This document shows, in pieces, positions 49,423 to 58,074 of a DNA stretch of 64,000 nucleotides (the stretch's first letter is position 1; each line of letters starts with the position of its first letter). This DNA is from a virus. Lineage: Duplodnaviria > Caudoviricetes. Location: positions 498-64,497 of IMG/VR virus record IMGVR_UViG_3300043803_000445; one strand, written 5' to 3'. The notes beneath the pieces are model-generated. The model ran no database searches. It had not been told where the DNA came from and saw nothing but the letters and a program-made list of their open reading frames with translations. Position numbers and translations under genes: made by a program.

Positions 49423-50661
49423 TTATACACCAAGAACTTCACCTTTCACAAAGATAGTATCCACAACATTTTGAAGTTGCTTTGCAATCTTATCACCATA
49501 GTTATTATTGACAGGAATCGTGATAGTTCCAAAGGGTTTCTTATAGAAAGCAAACTCTCCTGCTTTCATCTTACCATCTGCGATTGCTTGTCTGTCATCA
49601 CGGTGCATACGAATCACACGACCAACAGTCTGTGCCATTTCAATCAATGGAAGATTGCGAAGCATAATGCAATGAGTCAAACCTTGAACGTTAATGCCTT
49701 CACTCAAAATAGAGTAATGAAACACAATAAACTTCTTGTTTGGGTCTGCACCAAACTCACTCATCTTCTCAAAGAATACTTCACGAGACACTTTATGCTT
49801 GTCAATATAAGCACCGTGCTTGGAAGTGATGTGCATAATCGTATAACCCATATCATTGAGTTGTTGAAGCAAATCACTTTCAGTAAACATAGACCAAATG
49901 TCTTTGGTGCTTGGAGCAGCAACAAGAACTTTAGGAGCATCACAATCAGAAATCTCTGAGAGAATACCTACAACGTTTTCTGCATCTACAAATGCAGCAT
50001 TTTCTTTAGTGCGAATGGTTTGTGCTTCATAAGGCACAACTTTGGGAGGAATGATGCTACCAGCATCAATCAGTTCTTGTGCAGGAATACTGATGATGTT
50101 ATTTCCATAAACATCAGTATTATTCATAGACTCAGTGCTATTATTGAACTTGGGGGTTGCAGTGAAGAAATAAGCATTATCTGCAACTGATGAAGTATGT
50201 GCAATACCAACAAAGTTGGATGGTTTCACACAATGATGTGCTTCATCAAAATACACAACATCAATTTCAATATCTGATTCATTCACCCGACCAATCGAAT
50301 TATAAGTGGTGAAGATAAACTGATGCTTACCACTTCCGATTGCAGTGTCATTGTATTCTGCAATGTCTGCTGGACGTGTAGAGGATTGATGATGAGTTTC
50401 TCCACTATGAACGTGCATATAAGCAACATTCTGGTCTTTGAGATATGCTTCAAACTCAGAACAAAGTTGATTCGCAAGCAGAATACGAGGAGCAACAACA
50501 ACAAATGTCATTGGTTCCAATGCGTTAAGAATCCTCTGACGGGCATCTTCCATCATAACAACAGTTTTACCACCACCAGTAGGAAGATAGCAAGTGCCTT
50601 TGATAGAGTTCTGGACTGCCTTCAAAGCACGTTGTTGATAAGAAAGAAGAGTCAGCATCAA
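49423..50661 (-). CDS. Superfamily II DEAH-box helicase (type III restriction Res-like)
   Basis: Walker A PTGGGKT, DEAH, TAT, ILSEGINV, QTVGRVIR. Confidence 0.9.
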   Translation of the reverse strand: MMLTLLSYQQRALKAVQNSIKGTCYLPTGGGKTVVMMEDARQRILNALEPMTFVVVAPRILLANQLCSEFEAYLKDQNVAYMHVHSGETHHQSSTRPADIAEYNDTAIGSGKHQFIFTTYNSIGRVNESDIEIDVVYFDEAHHCVKPSNFVGIAHTSSVADNAYFFTATPKFNNSTESMNNTDVYGNNIISIPAQELIDAGSIIPPKVVPYEAQTIRTKENAAFVDAENVVGILSEISDCDAPKVLVAAPSTKDIWSMFTESDLLQQLNDMGYTIMHITSKHGAYIDKHKVSREVFFEKMSEFGADPNKKFIVFHYSILSEGINVQGLTHCIMLRNLPLIEMAQTVGRVIRMHRDDRQAIADGKMKAGEFAFYKKPFGTITIPVNNNYGDKIAKQLQNVVDTIFVKGEVLGV

Positions 50662-50725
50662 TAAGTCAAATAACGTTTGTATTCATACATTATAGCACCC
50701 CTCCCGTTGGTTCGGGAAGAGTGCT

Positions 50726-50747
50726 GGACAGTTGCAGAAGTGGCACA
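50726..50747 (-). promoter_or_regulatory. Early promoter palindrome upstream of the helicase
   Basis: GGACAGT-N6-AGTGGCACA with TGCTATAAT downstream. Confidence 0.75.
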
Positions 50748-50751
50748 GAGG

Positions 50752-50886
50752 TTACATAAACTCTGCCATATAATAGTCAACCGTTACTTCAAGTTCTGCT
50801 GCTTTACGTTCAATTTCTGTTGCATATTCATCTGCATACTTTATATCTTCGTGTTCGCAGAACAGGTCAAGAGTAGAATCGTGCAT
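50752..50886 (-). CDS. Small acidic protein (44 aa)
   Basis: Not in ORF track; ends KAAELEVTVDYYMAEFM. Confidence 0.55.
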   Translation of the reverse strand: MHDSTLDLFCEHEDIKYADEYATEIERKAAELEVTVDYYMAEFM

Positions 50887-50927
50887 TTGTTGTTGTTCAG
50901 TTAATAGATGAAGAATAAACTTAAACA

Positions 50928-51305
50928 TCAGAACTCAATTGGTTCAAGAGTAGGTTCAGGGAATCCAAACTCAGTAGGAGATACTTTTACAAACTCATCA
51001 GTACCTTCAACTTGCTTATAGCAATTCAAAGAACCCTCAATAACCTTATTAAGTTCAGGATTCACCTTATCAACCCCTACAGAGTCATTATACACAGTTT
51101 CTTGATTGTTGTCAACATCAAAGATGATAAGATTCTCAGCAGCACTCTTTGCTTCTTTGAGAGTCTTACAAACGTGCTGAGGAGTATCTACAACATCAAC
51201 AACCATCCACTTGGAAGCATTTACTCTACGAATGAATCCAACAGTGTTAGAATCCTTCTGGATCTCGTAAACACCAGCAGACAGACGGGGAAAGGTGAAA
51301 GTCAT
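50928..51305 (-). CDS. Hypothetical protein
   Basis: 125-aa ORF. Confidence 0.6.
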   Translation of the reverse strand: MTFTFPRLSAGVYEIQKDSNTVGFIRRVNASKWMVVDVVDTPQHVCKTLKEAKSAAENLIIFDVDNNQETVYNDSVGVDKVNPELNKVIEGSLNCYKQVEGTDEFVKVSPTEFGFPEPTLEPIEF

Positions 51306-51337
51306 AATGAAGTGTGATTGATTAACTTAAGTGTGAA

Positions 51338-51586
51338 TCAGTAGCAATACTCAGGAAGAATACAGAAATTACCACAATACTTACGAACCCAGTTCAAGGT
51401 GTCAGCATAGCAACGAGGTTCAGATACGATTGTGCTCACATTTTTACGAGGATTGTAAGCAACAGCAACATAACGATAACAATCAGGAGATTCTTCAATC
51501 TCTTGAATCCACATTTGATTGACATTACCTTCGTGCCAATCCCAACGGGAAGTGGTGTAGTTAAAGATAGTATCAAGGTCTGCCAA
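51338..51586 (-). CDS. Hypothetical protein
   Basis: TTG start with AAGGAG RBS after a promoter cassette. Confidence 0.6.
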   Translation of the reverse strand: MADLDTIFNYTTSRWDWHEGNVNQMWIQEIEESPDCYRYVAVAYNPRKNVSTIVSEPRCYADTLNWVRKYCGNFCILPEYCY

Positions 51587-51647
51587 GTGGTCTCCTTTGC
51601 TTGTGTCCCTGTATTATAGGGCATCAGAGGGGTCTGCGGGACTTTAC

Positions 51648-51671
51648 TGTGCCAGTGCTACAGGTGGCACA
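51648..51671 (-). promoter_or_regulatory. Early promoter palindrome
   Basis: TGTGCCAGT-N6-GGTGGCACA; nearly identical to 49188-49216. Confidence 0.75.
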
Positions 51672-51676
51672 CCTTA

Positions 51677-51868
51677 TCATTTTGTGGACTCTTTTGCAAG
51701 AATAATTTCATCATATTGACTTGGATAAACTAAAAGACAAACATTTTTTGATCTATGTTCCATTCTACGAACACAAATTGTGATGTATTTCTCACAGACA
51801 AAATCAACCCTTCCATACATTCCACGATAGTAAACTTCAATTCCTTCTGCAAATGTTATCCTTGGCAT
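51677..51868 (-). CDS. Small SH3-like beta protein, hypothetical
   Basis: V.Y.G..G.V.FVC..YITIC pattern. Confidence 0.5.
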   Translation of the reverse strand: MPRITFAEGIEVYYRGMYGRVDFVCEKYITICVRRMEHRSKNVCLLVYPSQYDEIILAKESTK

Positions 51869-51974
51869 TTTGTAGATAAAGGGCAATTCTCTTGCATTAG
51901 TTTATCAGCATTATGAGATACTGTAAATCCTAATGCAAGGGAAGTTAAAGCAAAACAACAGATGAGGAAACTAT

Positions 51975-52382
51975 TCATCGTGCGTAAAGATAACCACCCG
52001 CCCAGTCTGCACGTTGATACATCTCTTCACGAGACTTATCATCCATAAGGTTATATCGAACACCTTTTGCAGGAGATTTCCAACTGGCAGACTTATACAC
52101 ATCACCAGTATTCAAATCAACAAATGCGTGAGCACTTCTTTGACCACTGGGTTGAGTGATGTGAATAATACGAGCATACTTTCTACCTTTCTCGTAAGTA
52201 TACTCATCCACACCTTCACCCATTGCAAGTGCATCAATTTGTTTTTGATGCCATTCTTGAGTTTCTGGGTCGTCAAGATGCCTACGGTGAGAAGCAATAG
52301 AATACTCTTGATAATTAGTGCGAAGAACTCGGCAAAACTCCTCAATTCGGTCAATAACTTTTTCAGTCATCAGAGTAGTCAT
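51975..52382 (-). CDS. Conserved hypothetical protein
   Basis: GRKYARI...AHAFVD..TGDVYKSASWKSPAKGVRY. Confidence 0.7.
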   Translation of the reverse strand: MTTLMTEKVIDRIEEFCRVLRTNYQEYSIASHRRHLDDPETQEWHQKQIDALAMGEGVDEYTYEKGRKYARIIHITQPSGQRSAHAFVDLNTGDVYKSASWKSPAKGVRYNLMDDKSREEMYQRADWAGGYLYAR

Positions 52383-52504
52383 TTGAAGTTTAGTTTGTTT
52401 TTGAGATGTTGAAGTGCTTGCTTGCGGGATTTAAGTTTTCCCTTACAAGTTCCTTTAGTATTCTTTTGTTTTCCTGAGTTATGTTTCCAATTTGGGGTAG
52501 TCAT
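52379..52504 (-). CDS. Small basic protein (41 aa)
   Basis: Not in ORF track; MTTPNWKHNSGK...SRKQALQHLK; AAGGAG RBS. Confidence 0.6.
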   Translation of the reverse strand: MTTPNWKHNSGKQKNTKGTCKGKLKSRKQALQHLKNKLNFK

Positions 52505-52561
52505 CTCCTTTCCTTGGTATGAACCTATTGTAGGGCATCAGGGAGGTCTGTGGGACTTTAG

Positions 52562-52585
52562 TGTGCCACTAGAAAAAGTGGCACA
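52562..52585 (-). promoter_or_regulatory. Early promoter palindrome
   Basis: TGTGCCACT-N6-AGTGGCACA. Confidence 0.8.
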
Positions 52586-53062
52586 TCAATTATAACAATA
52601 CTCTTTCCACTCAGTAACATTTGATCTATCCAAAGAAAATAACATTTTATTAAATGGTTTCTTTGGTATAGTTTGAAGAATCATATTAGTATCTTCAAGC
52701 AGTTTATCACCTTTTCTTGTATTGCAGGGCATACAAGCAACTACAAGATTTTCCCAAGTATCTTCACCACCACGAGAACGTGGAATGATATGGTCGATAG
52801 TTAAATCTCTTGTTGAACCACAATACTGACACTTATGCCCATCACGTTTATAAATCATAGTTCGTGATGGTTTATTTTGTGAAATCTTAGCATAAGGTAT
52901 TTTAATGTAATTGATCAAACGAATAACTCTACCACTCAGTGCTTTTGCTTTATTTTTCATAAGCAATACAACTGCTCTACGCCAATTTGTAAATTGAAGT
53001 GGTTCAAAACTTGCGTTTAGAACAAGAATAGTTTGATTTGGTTCAATTTTTAAGTAATCCAT
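52586..53062 (-). CDS. HNH endonuclease (McrA-like, CxxC)
   Basis: LVLNASFEPL, RDGHKCQYCG, TIDHIIPRSRGG, WENLVVAC..CN..K. Confidence 0.9.
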   Translation of the reverse strand: MDYLKIEPNQTILVLNASFEPLQFTNWRRAVVLLMKNKAKALSGRVIRLINYIKIPYAKISQNKPSRTMIYKRDGHKCQYCGSTRDLTIDHIIPRSRGGEDTWENLVVACMPCNTRKGDKLLEDTNMILQTIPKKPFNKMLFSLDRSNVTEWKEYCYN

Positions 53063-53085
53063 CGACCTTTTGCGTTTTTACAGAA

Positions 53086-53108
53086 TAGGGAGATTTTACC
53101 TCCCCTAG
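53086..53108 (-). terminator. Hairpin / probable terminator
   Basis: GGGAG...CTCCC stem directly after the phosphoesterase stop. Confidence 0.45.
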
Positions 53109-53111
53109 TAT

Positions 53112-53885
53112 CTAGATGTCAAAGATTTTATCTGGAAAGAATCCAGTATTTTGACCTGGATAACCTCCAGGATTACAAATTACTCTACATCCTTCGATTA
53201 TATAATCGAAGTGATTGTGAGTATGTCCGTGTACCCAGTATTTAATTTGTGGATGATTGATAATCAAGTCATCAAGGTTACTTACATAAGCACCATTTGC
53301 TTCATTCTTAAATTGTGCAGCAACCGATTGATAACTCGGTGCGTGATGACTGATAACAAATACATTGTCATTCAGTGTTTGTAGTTGATTGAGAAGATAG
53401 TTCTTGCTTTCTTTATGAAATGCAAGAGTATCATCTGCTCTCATCTTACGAAACATACTACCAATACGAATGACTTTGTAATCATTCATATTGCACTCTG
53501 CTTCCATCATTTCCAGAGCATTTTCATTACGAAAATCAGTCCACAATGTGAAACCAATAAAGTTCCAATTGTTGATGGTTATTGTATCATTATCAAGAAG
53601 ATGAAAGTTATGAGGAAGATTCTCTTTTAGTTTCTTTTTGGTTCCTTCATAATTGTATCCATAATAGCAATGATTCCCAAGAACATATAATATATGTGAA
53701 AAATCTTTTGAACAGTTATCCACAAAACGAAGATAAATGTCTTTTAATTTTCCATTTGTTTTTAAATACTTTGCTGGAAATATATCTCCTGCCAGCACTA
53801 ATATATCAGCAGTTCCTAAGTTTGGAATTTCTTCAAAAGAGTTTAAAAATTCAAGGTGCAAATCTGATGCTACTTTAACTTTCAT
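53112..53885 (-). CDS. Calcineurin-like metallophosphoesterase
   Basis: SDLH, AGD, GNH, HHAP, GHTH motifs. Confidence 0.9.
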   Translation of the reverse strand: MKVKVASDLHLEFLNSFEEIPNLGTADILVLAGDIFPAKYLKTNGKLKDIYLRFVDNCSKDFSHILYVLGNHCYYGYNYEGTKKKLKENLPHNFHLLDNDTITINNWNFIGFTLWTDFRNENALEMMEAECNMNDYKVIRIGSMFRKMRADDTLAFHKESKNYLLNQLQTLNDNVFVISHHAPSYQSVAAQFKNEANGAYVSNLDDLIINHPQIKYWVHGHTHNHFDYIIEGCRVICNPGGYPGQNTGFFPDKIFDI

Positions 53886-54450
53886 TTTGAATTTTAGTAA
53901 TTTTTAAAATATCTTTGTGAGGTGATTTCTGGAGATTGCAAGCTAAATTAAATAAATTTTGTTTTTTGTATCCATTGTTTCTTCCCCACTCCGTCAAACA
54001 ATGAACAGTTTCTTTTTTTCCATTTAAAAATTCAACTTCATAATAATTTGACCTTGGATTGTTTTTTCCTAAGACATTGTGATGATTTTTGCTTATTTTT
54101 AATTTTGTTTCCTTTTTATGTCCTTTTCCAAACAAAGGGTGCAATTTTCCTTTCATAACTGGGAATTTTCCTCCACCTGGAGAACTATTCAGTCCTTTTT
54201 CTAAAGTATTAAATGTTTCAATATAAAAACATTCTTTTCCATTTAATTGATTAACCTCACACTGCTCAACAATCCCAATTATGAAATCATCCCATCCAGT
54301 TTTATTTGCTTGTATGTATAATTTTGCTCTGGAACTTTTTGCAGATGCGTATTTGTGATATCTTAGTCTATCTTGTATACTTCTTCTGGTTTGCCCAATA
54401 TATTTCTCTCCAGTGGAAATACAGTGGATACAATAAATAGTACCTTTCAT
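53875..54450 (-). CDS. GIY-YIG homing endonuclease with NUMOD3-like repeat
   Basis: GTIYCI...YIGQT...R...E...N; HPLFGKGHKKETKLKIS; true start MKGTIY at 54450. Confidence 0.88.
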   Translation of the reverse strand: MKGTIYCIHCISTGEKYIGQTRRSIQDRLRYHKYASAKSSRAKLYIQANKTGWDDFIIGIVEQCEVNQLNGKECFYIETFNTLEKGLNSSPGGGKFPVMKGKLHPLFGKGHKKETKLKISKNHHNVLGKNNPRSNYYEVEFLNGKKETVHCLTEWGRNNGYKKQNLFNLACNLQKSPHKDILKITKIQNES

Positions 54451-54554
54451 AACTGCTCTTTGTTGGGTGCAGTAGTATTTATAATAGAAGAGGAGCATCT
54501 CTGCCCCTCTCTTACCTGTGAAGATTGCACCCAACTCAGGCACTATTATTTAGA
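54451..54554 (-). ncRNA. Dual late promoter / antisense sRNA module, copy 1
   Basis: TCTAAATA 54547-54554; arm 54525-54535; hairpin with GAGA loop 54487-54511; TATAAATA 54476-54483; complementary leader 54462-54471. Confidence 0.6.
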
Positions 54555-54567
54555 TAATAAAATATAA

Positions 54568-54640
54568 CAGGCGTATTAGGATTCGAACCTAAGATGAGGA
54601 GGTAGAAGCTCCTAGTGATAATCCACTTCACCATACGCCC
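54568..54640 (-). tRNA. tRNA-Arg(UCU)
   Basis: GGGCGTA/TACGCCT acceptor stem, AGGAG-CTTCTAC-CTCCT anticodon arm, GGTTCGAATCC T arm; CCA not encoded. Confidence 0.92.
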
Positions 54641-54643
54641 AAG

Positions 54644-54720
54644 AGACCCTCTGGTTTGTGCATTGTAAAGAGGCATAGAGGGTGTGGGACTTACTCAAAG
54701 TTTGGACCTTTGATGCCCCT
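54644..54720 (-). ncRNA. Structured RNA (two hairpins) immediately 5' of the tRNA
   Basis: UCAAAG-GUCCAAA-CUUUGA inside a GGGC/GUCC stem, then an ACCCUCU...AGAGGGU stem. Confidence 0.45.
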
Positions 54721-54724
54721 AAAC

Positions 54725-54976
54725 TCAACCGTTAAGAACTTGAGGATTAGTATCCTCTGCGTCAAGTTTATTTAGAACATACTGGATAGGTTTCAGTTCT
54801 TCCTTGAGACCATTTTCAAGTTCTTGGAACGTTTCAACCAGTGCTTCAAAGAGTTCAGAACCAGTCAGGTCTTCGTAATCATAATCATTAAAGATGTTTT
54901 CACGGAAATACTCAGTGAGTGCATCTTTCAGAGATTCAACCATTTGTTGCGAAGCAGACTTAGAACGACGTGCCAT
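54725..54976 (-). CDS. Hypothetical acidic protein
   Basis: 83-aa ORF. Confidence 0.6.
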   Translation of the reverse strand: MARRSKSASQQMVESLKDALTEYFRENIFNDYDYEDLTGSELFEALVETFQELENGLKEELKPIQYVLNKLDAEDTNPQVLNG

Positions 54977-55058
54977 AATAAAGAATAAAGAACAGTGAGT
55001 GGGTAACTTTATCGGTCAGATATTTCCAACCCATTGGCAAACCCATTCCATTTGAGAA

Positions 55059-55202
55059 TCAAACACCCAAAGGATATTCAATTTCAATTTCATCTTCATC
55101 AGGAAGACCAAGTTGAAGACCTATGAAATCATCATAGTCAACACCGAGATACTTTTGAGCAAAGTCCTCATAATCATCGTGAAGAACACAAGTGTCAATC
55201 AT
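55059..55202 (-). CDS. Small acidic protein (47 aa)
   Basis: Not in ORF track; GGAGG RBS; downstream of the cassette at 55266-55289. Confidence 0.55.
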   Translation of the reverse strand: MIDTCVLHDDYEDFAQKYLGVDYDDFIGLQLGLPDEDEIEIEYPLGV

Positions 55203-55265
55203 CGTGAAACCTCCTTGACTTGATGAATACATCATAGCACGGTCAGTGCCATTTGGAAAGTGTTA

Positions 55266-55289
55266 TGTGCCACCAAAAAAAGTGTCACA
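55266..55289 (-). promoter_or_regulatory. Early promoter palindrome
   Basis: TGTGCCACC-N6-AGTGTCACA. Confidence 0.7.
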
Positions 55290-55518
55290 AGGTCTCAACA
55301 TCTCCAAGCAATTCTGGATTGTATTCTGTAATTTCTGTAAGAAGATCTTCGTCAGTGTAAGATTCTAGATTTTCTTTCAGAGTATCATAAACAAAACACT
55401 CCATTGTTTTCATATCCATTCCGTCCAGAATCTGTTGTGCGTAATTTTCAATCAGTTCTTCACGATTGGTATTTTTCATTGTTTCAAATTTGAGAATTTC
55501 AGAGTAAAGATCAACCAT
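55285..55518 (-). CDS. Hypothetical acidic protein
   Basis: ILDGMDMKT...EYNPELL. Confidence 0.6.
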   Translation of the reverse strand: MVDLYSEILKFETMKNTNREELIENYAQQILDGMDMKTMECFVYDTLKENLESYTDEDLLTEITEYNPELLGDVETL

Positions 55519-55739
55519 CAGACAGCATCAATTTCAGCAAGTTTCTTTTGCTTTCGCAAGTCAGTAATTCTCATTTGAAGATCAGCAATGTCTTCATATA
55601 GAACTTCTGCCTCATCAGAAAGATTTTCATATTGAAATGAAGACCTTGCTTTCTTCATTTGTTTGAGAAGTTTATCATATTTCTTCTTTGCTTCTTTGAG
55701 ATCTTTTTCGTAATCTTGAATAGACTTTGAGTAGTTCAT
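55518..55739 (-). CDS. Coiled-coil hypothetical protein
   Basis: Heptad-rich 73 aa. Confidence 0.6.
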   Translation of the reverse strand: MNYSKSIQDYEKDLKEAKKKYDKLLKQMKKARSSFQYENLSDEAEVLYEDIADLQMRITDLRKQKKLAEIDAV

Positions 55740-55861
55740 TTTTTGAGAGGACTAGACCAATAAGAACGGAAAACAGTGATAACAATAACAGCAGTGCTAA
55801 CAACACCAACCAAACCAAGGAAGGTAACGGCATCACCAGTAAAATTGAACGTGTCGGGCAT
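55736..55861 (-). CDS. Single-pass membrane peptide (41 aa)
   Basis: Not in ORF track; FLGLVGVVSTAVIVITVF hydrophobic stretch. Confidence 0.55.
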   Translation of the reverse strand: MPDTFNFTGDAVTFLGLVGVVSTAVIVITVFRSYWSSPLKK

Positions 55862-55952
55862 CATTTGAGTCGTTTACTTCGTAATCATAACACAAAAATT
55901 AGGAACTCGCAACTATCGGTGGACAGTTCAGCAAGTGTCCCAAAACTATTTA

Positions 55953-56141
55953 CTATGGAGAAGGATCATAATAAACAATTTCTTCCAGCATTGGAAGAAT
56001 CTCATACTCTATATCATCAAGATGCTGTTGCATAATTGTCATATCCATCATATGTAATTTATTTTCTCTTTCTACAAGTTCTTTAAGAATCTTGTATGCT
56101 TTTTCAACTTCACCGTATGCGTAAATTGTATGACTCACCAT
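55953..56141 (-). CDS. Hypothetical protein
   Basis: Small ORF ending LEEIVYYDPSP. Confidence 0.5.
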   Translation of the reverse strand: MVSHTIYAYGEVEKAYKILKELVERENKLHMMDMTIMQQHLDDIEYEILPMLEEIVYYDPSP

Positions 56142-56398
56142 TCACCTCGTTGAATCATAATCTTTTTAATTTCTGTGTAGATGAACTTCTTTAGATTCTC
56201 ATCATTTGTATTTTCAAAAGCAACATACAATCTCTTTAGATAGTCTTCTTGTTTTGTGATATTCACAACTTTAGCATTTGTGACACCAATATCACGCAAA
56301 GAAGAACCTGCTTTTGTTTTTGCCCTTCCAAAATTGCCAGTTACATTACCTTGAGTACGAAGTTTAGGTTTGATTTTAGAAAGATTGGAAGTCGTCAT
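56135..56398 (-). CDS. Hypothetical basic protein
   Basis: MTTSNLSKIKPKLRTQG...; AAGGAA RBS after the cassette at 56455-56476. Confidence 0.6.
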   Translation of the reverse strand: MTTSNLSKIKPKLRTQGNVTGNFGRAKTKAGSSLRDIGVTNAKVVNITKQEDYLKRLYVAFENTNDENLKKFIYTEIKKIMIQRGEW

Positions 56399-56466
56399 CG
56401 TTCCTTTGAGGATGTACTCATTATAGGGCATCCAGAGGAGTCTGGAGTGCCCTGTGTGCCAGTTGG

Positions 56467-56835
56467 TCAGGTGTCCTTGTCAATCATATCACCAACAAGG
56501 TCATTAAGTCTGTCAAACATATTGTTATCAAAAGGAACTGTTTTTACCTTACCAGTTTCCACATCATCTGCCATTTGCATCAAACTTTCTAGAAACTCCT
56601 TTGGGTAAATGTCATCTTCCAAACTATCCCAGAAATAAAGAGCACACTGCTCTAATGGGTCATCACTTACAAGAAGAGCATATTCTTGATAATTGTTTCC
56701 CATCAGGTCTCCCCAATTCTTAAAAGCATACCAACAATTATACCATCCTTGAATAATACAAGAATGCCAGATATACTCAACCCAAGAGAGTTTGGTTTGA
56801 TTCTTATTAGTTCCTAGAAGTGCTTTTGAAAACAT
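56467..56835 (-). CDS. Trp-rich hypothetical protein
   Basis: ORF track. Confidence 0.6.
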   Translation of the reverse strand: MFSKALLGTNKNQTKLSWVEYIWHSCIIQGWYNCWYAFKNWGDLMGNNYQEYALLVSDDPLEQCALYFWDSLEDDIYPKEFLESLMQMADDVETGKVKTVPFDNNMFDRLNDLVGDMIDKDT

Positions 56836-56858
56836 TTACTTTATTTGATATTGAAAAA

Positions 56859-57221
56859 TTAGTCATCCCAAGGTGCTTTACGTTGAAGTAATTTAGCAAT
56901 CTTTTCGTTGTATTGTGGTGGTTCATTCAGTCGTTCTACAAGAGCATCAAAATCTTTTGCTGGTAGGACAATCTTTTCTGGTTCCACTCCTTTACCCCAG
57001 AACTTCTCAAACTCCCACTTATACTCCATATCACACCAACCAGAGTTGATAGAATACCAAAACTCTTTCCAAACATAATAGTCATCAAAACGAAATCCTT
57101 CGTGGTTGATAAGACGATACCACCACCAGAAACTTGAGTATTTTATGTATCTGTTGCTGATTATAAGTTTGTTAATAAGTATCATCATAAAATTCGTAGA
57201 TAATCTCTGCGGTTTCATCAA
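56859..57221 (-). CDS. Trp-rich hypothetical protein with DUF1778-like C-terminus
   Basis: C-term IVLPAKDFDALVERLNEPPQYNEKIAKLLQRKAPWD resembles antitoxin-like DUF1778 tails. Confidence 0.5.
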   Translation of the reverse strand: MMKPQRLSTNFMMILINKLIISNRYIKYSSFWWWYRLINHEGFRFDDYYVWKEFWYSINSGWCDMEYKWEFEKFWGKGVEPEKIVLPAKDFDALVERLNEPPQYNEKIAKLLQRKAPWDD

Positions 57222-57510
57222 TCAGTTCTGATGTAATTATACCACAATCACATTCTTTTGGAATAAAGACATTATATTTCTCACCAAATGGCAACCAACC
57301 ACGATTAAACTTCTGTTCCAGATATGCTACGTGTTTCTCACCTTCTTCTGTGAATGGTTGTTGAAAAAGATAATGTAAAGCATCGTGCTCTGCATATGCC
57401 CTAAGTGCTCTTTCTGTTTTGTATGGAAACTTATTTTGATGAATAACTGTCACAACCCAACGACGATGAATTTTTTGTGGAATAGTATCCAAGAATTGTT
57501 GAATGTCCAT
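57172..57510 (-). CDS. Hypothetical protein
   Basis: EHDALHYL...F....E motif. Confidence 0.55.
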   Translation of the reverse strand: MDIQQFLDTIPQKIHRRWVVTVIHQNKFPYKTERALRAYAEHDALHYLFQQPFTEEGEKHVAYLEQKFNRGWLPFGEKYNVFIPKECDCGIITSELIDETAEIIYEFYDDTY

Positions 57511-57734
57511 TACCATCTTCCCAACCGCAGTTTGCGTTCAGGTGAAATATAGGGGTTATATGGGTCATCATAAGGATAAATGTATTCACAACACCAACCC
57601 CACGACAATGCCTCCCAGAAGTCATCAGGAAAGTGCTCAACAGTCTCATGACAATCCATAATGTATGGAATGTTGCGAAAACCTTCAATAAACCATTCCC
57701 ATTTAGTCATTTGCCAGTATTCTTTAGGGGTCAT
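57510..57734 (-). CDS. Trp-rich hypothetical protein
   Basis: MTPKEYWQMTKWEWF...DFWEALSWGW; start reassigned. Confidence 0.55.
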   Translation of the reverse strand: MTPKEYWQMTKWEWFIEGFRNIPYIMDCHETVEHFPDDFWEALSWGWCCEYIYPYDDPYNPYISPERKLRLGRW

Positions 57735-57738
57735 AATG

Positions 57739-57936
57739 TTATCCGCAGTTGGGCATCCAGATGGTAGAGAGTTTGTTTTTCTTTGCAGTGATATTGAAGT
57801 GGTCAATTTGACCATTCTTATGATAGATTCCGCACCAGAGGAATCCATCATCCATCATCTCAAAGTGTATCATATCAATGTCCCTGACGACAATCTCATC
57901 AGGATTCTTTTCATCTTTCATTTCTTCCATTTCCAT
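57739..57936 (-). CDS. Hypothetical protein
   Basis: NPDEIV...HFEMMD...W.GIY. Confidence 0.6.
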   Translation of the reverse strand: MEMEEMKDEKNPDEIVVRDIDMIHFEMMDDGFLWCGIYHKNGQIDHFNITAKKNKLSTIWMPNCG

Positions 57937-58074
57937 TCACTCTTGATACTCCACTCTGTTCTAATGTAAGAGTAGTTTAGATAATCCCAAAAAATACCTT
58001 GATAATCTTCAAAGTCCCATTCAGGGTCACGACCATCATAAGTCATCAGTTGTTTCCACAACTCAAAACATATT

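Noticed and set aside
54451-54543. N-terminal extension of the GIY-YIG ORF, and ORF 59151-59387
   Set aside because: They read through the promoter/sRNA modules; the GIY motif starts right after the downstream ATG
54451-54567. tRNA-associated HDV-like (theta) ribozyme
   Set aside because: No nested double pseudoknot could be built by eye, and the same element recurs twice without a tRNA, always before endonuclease genes
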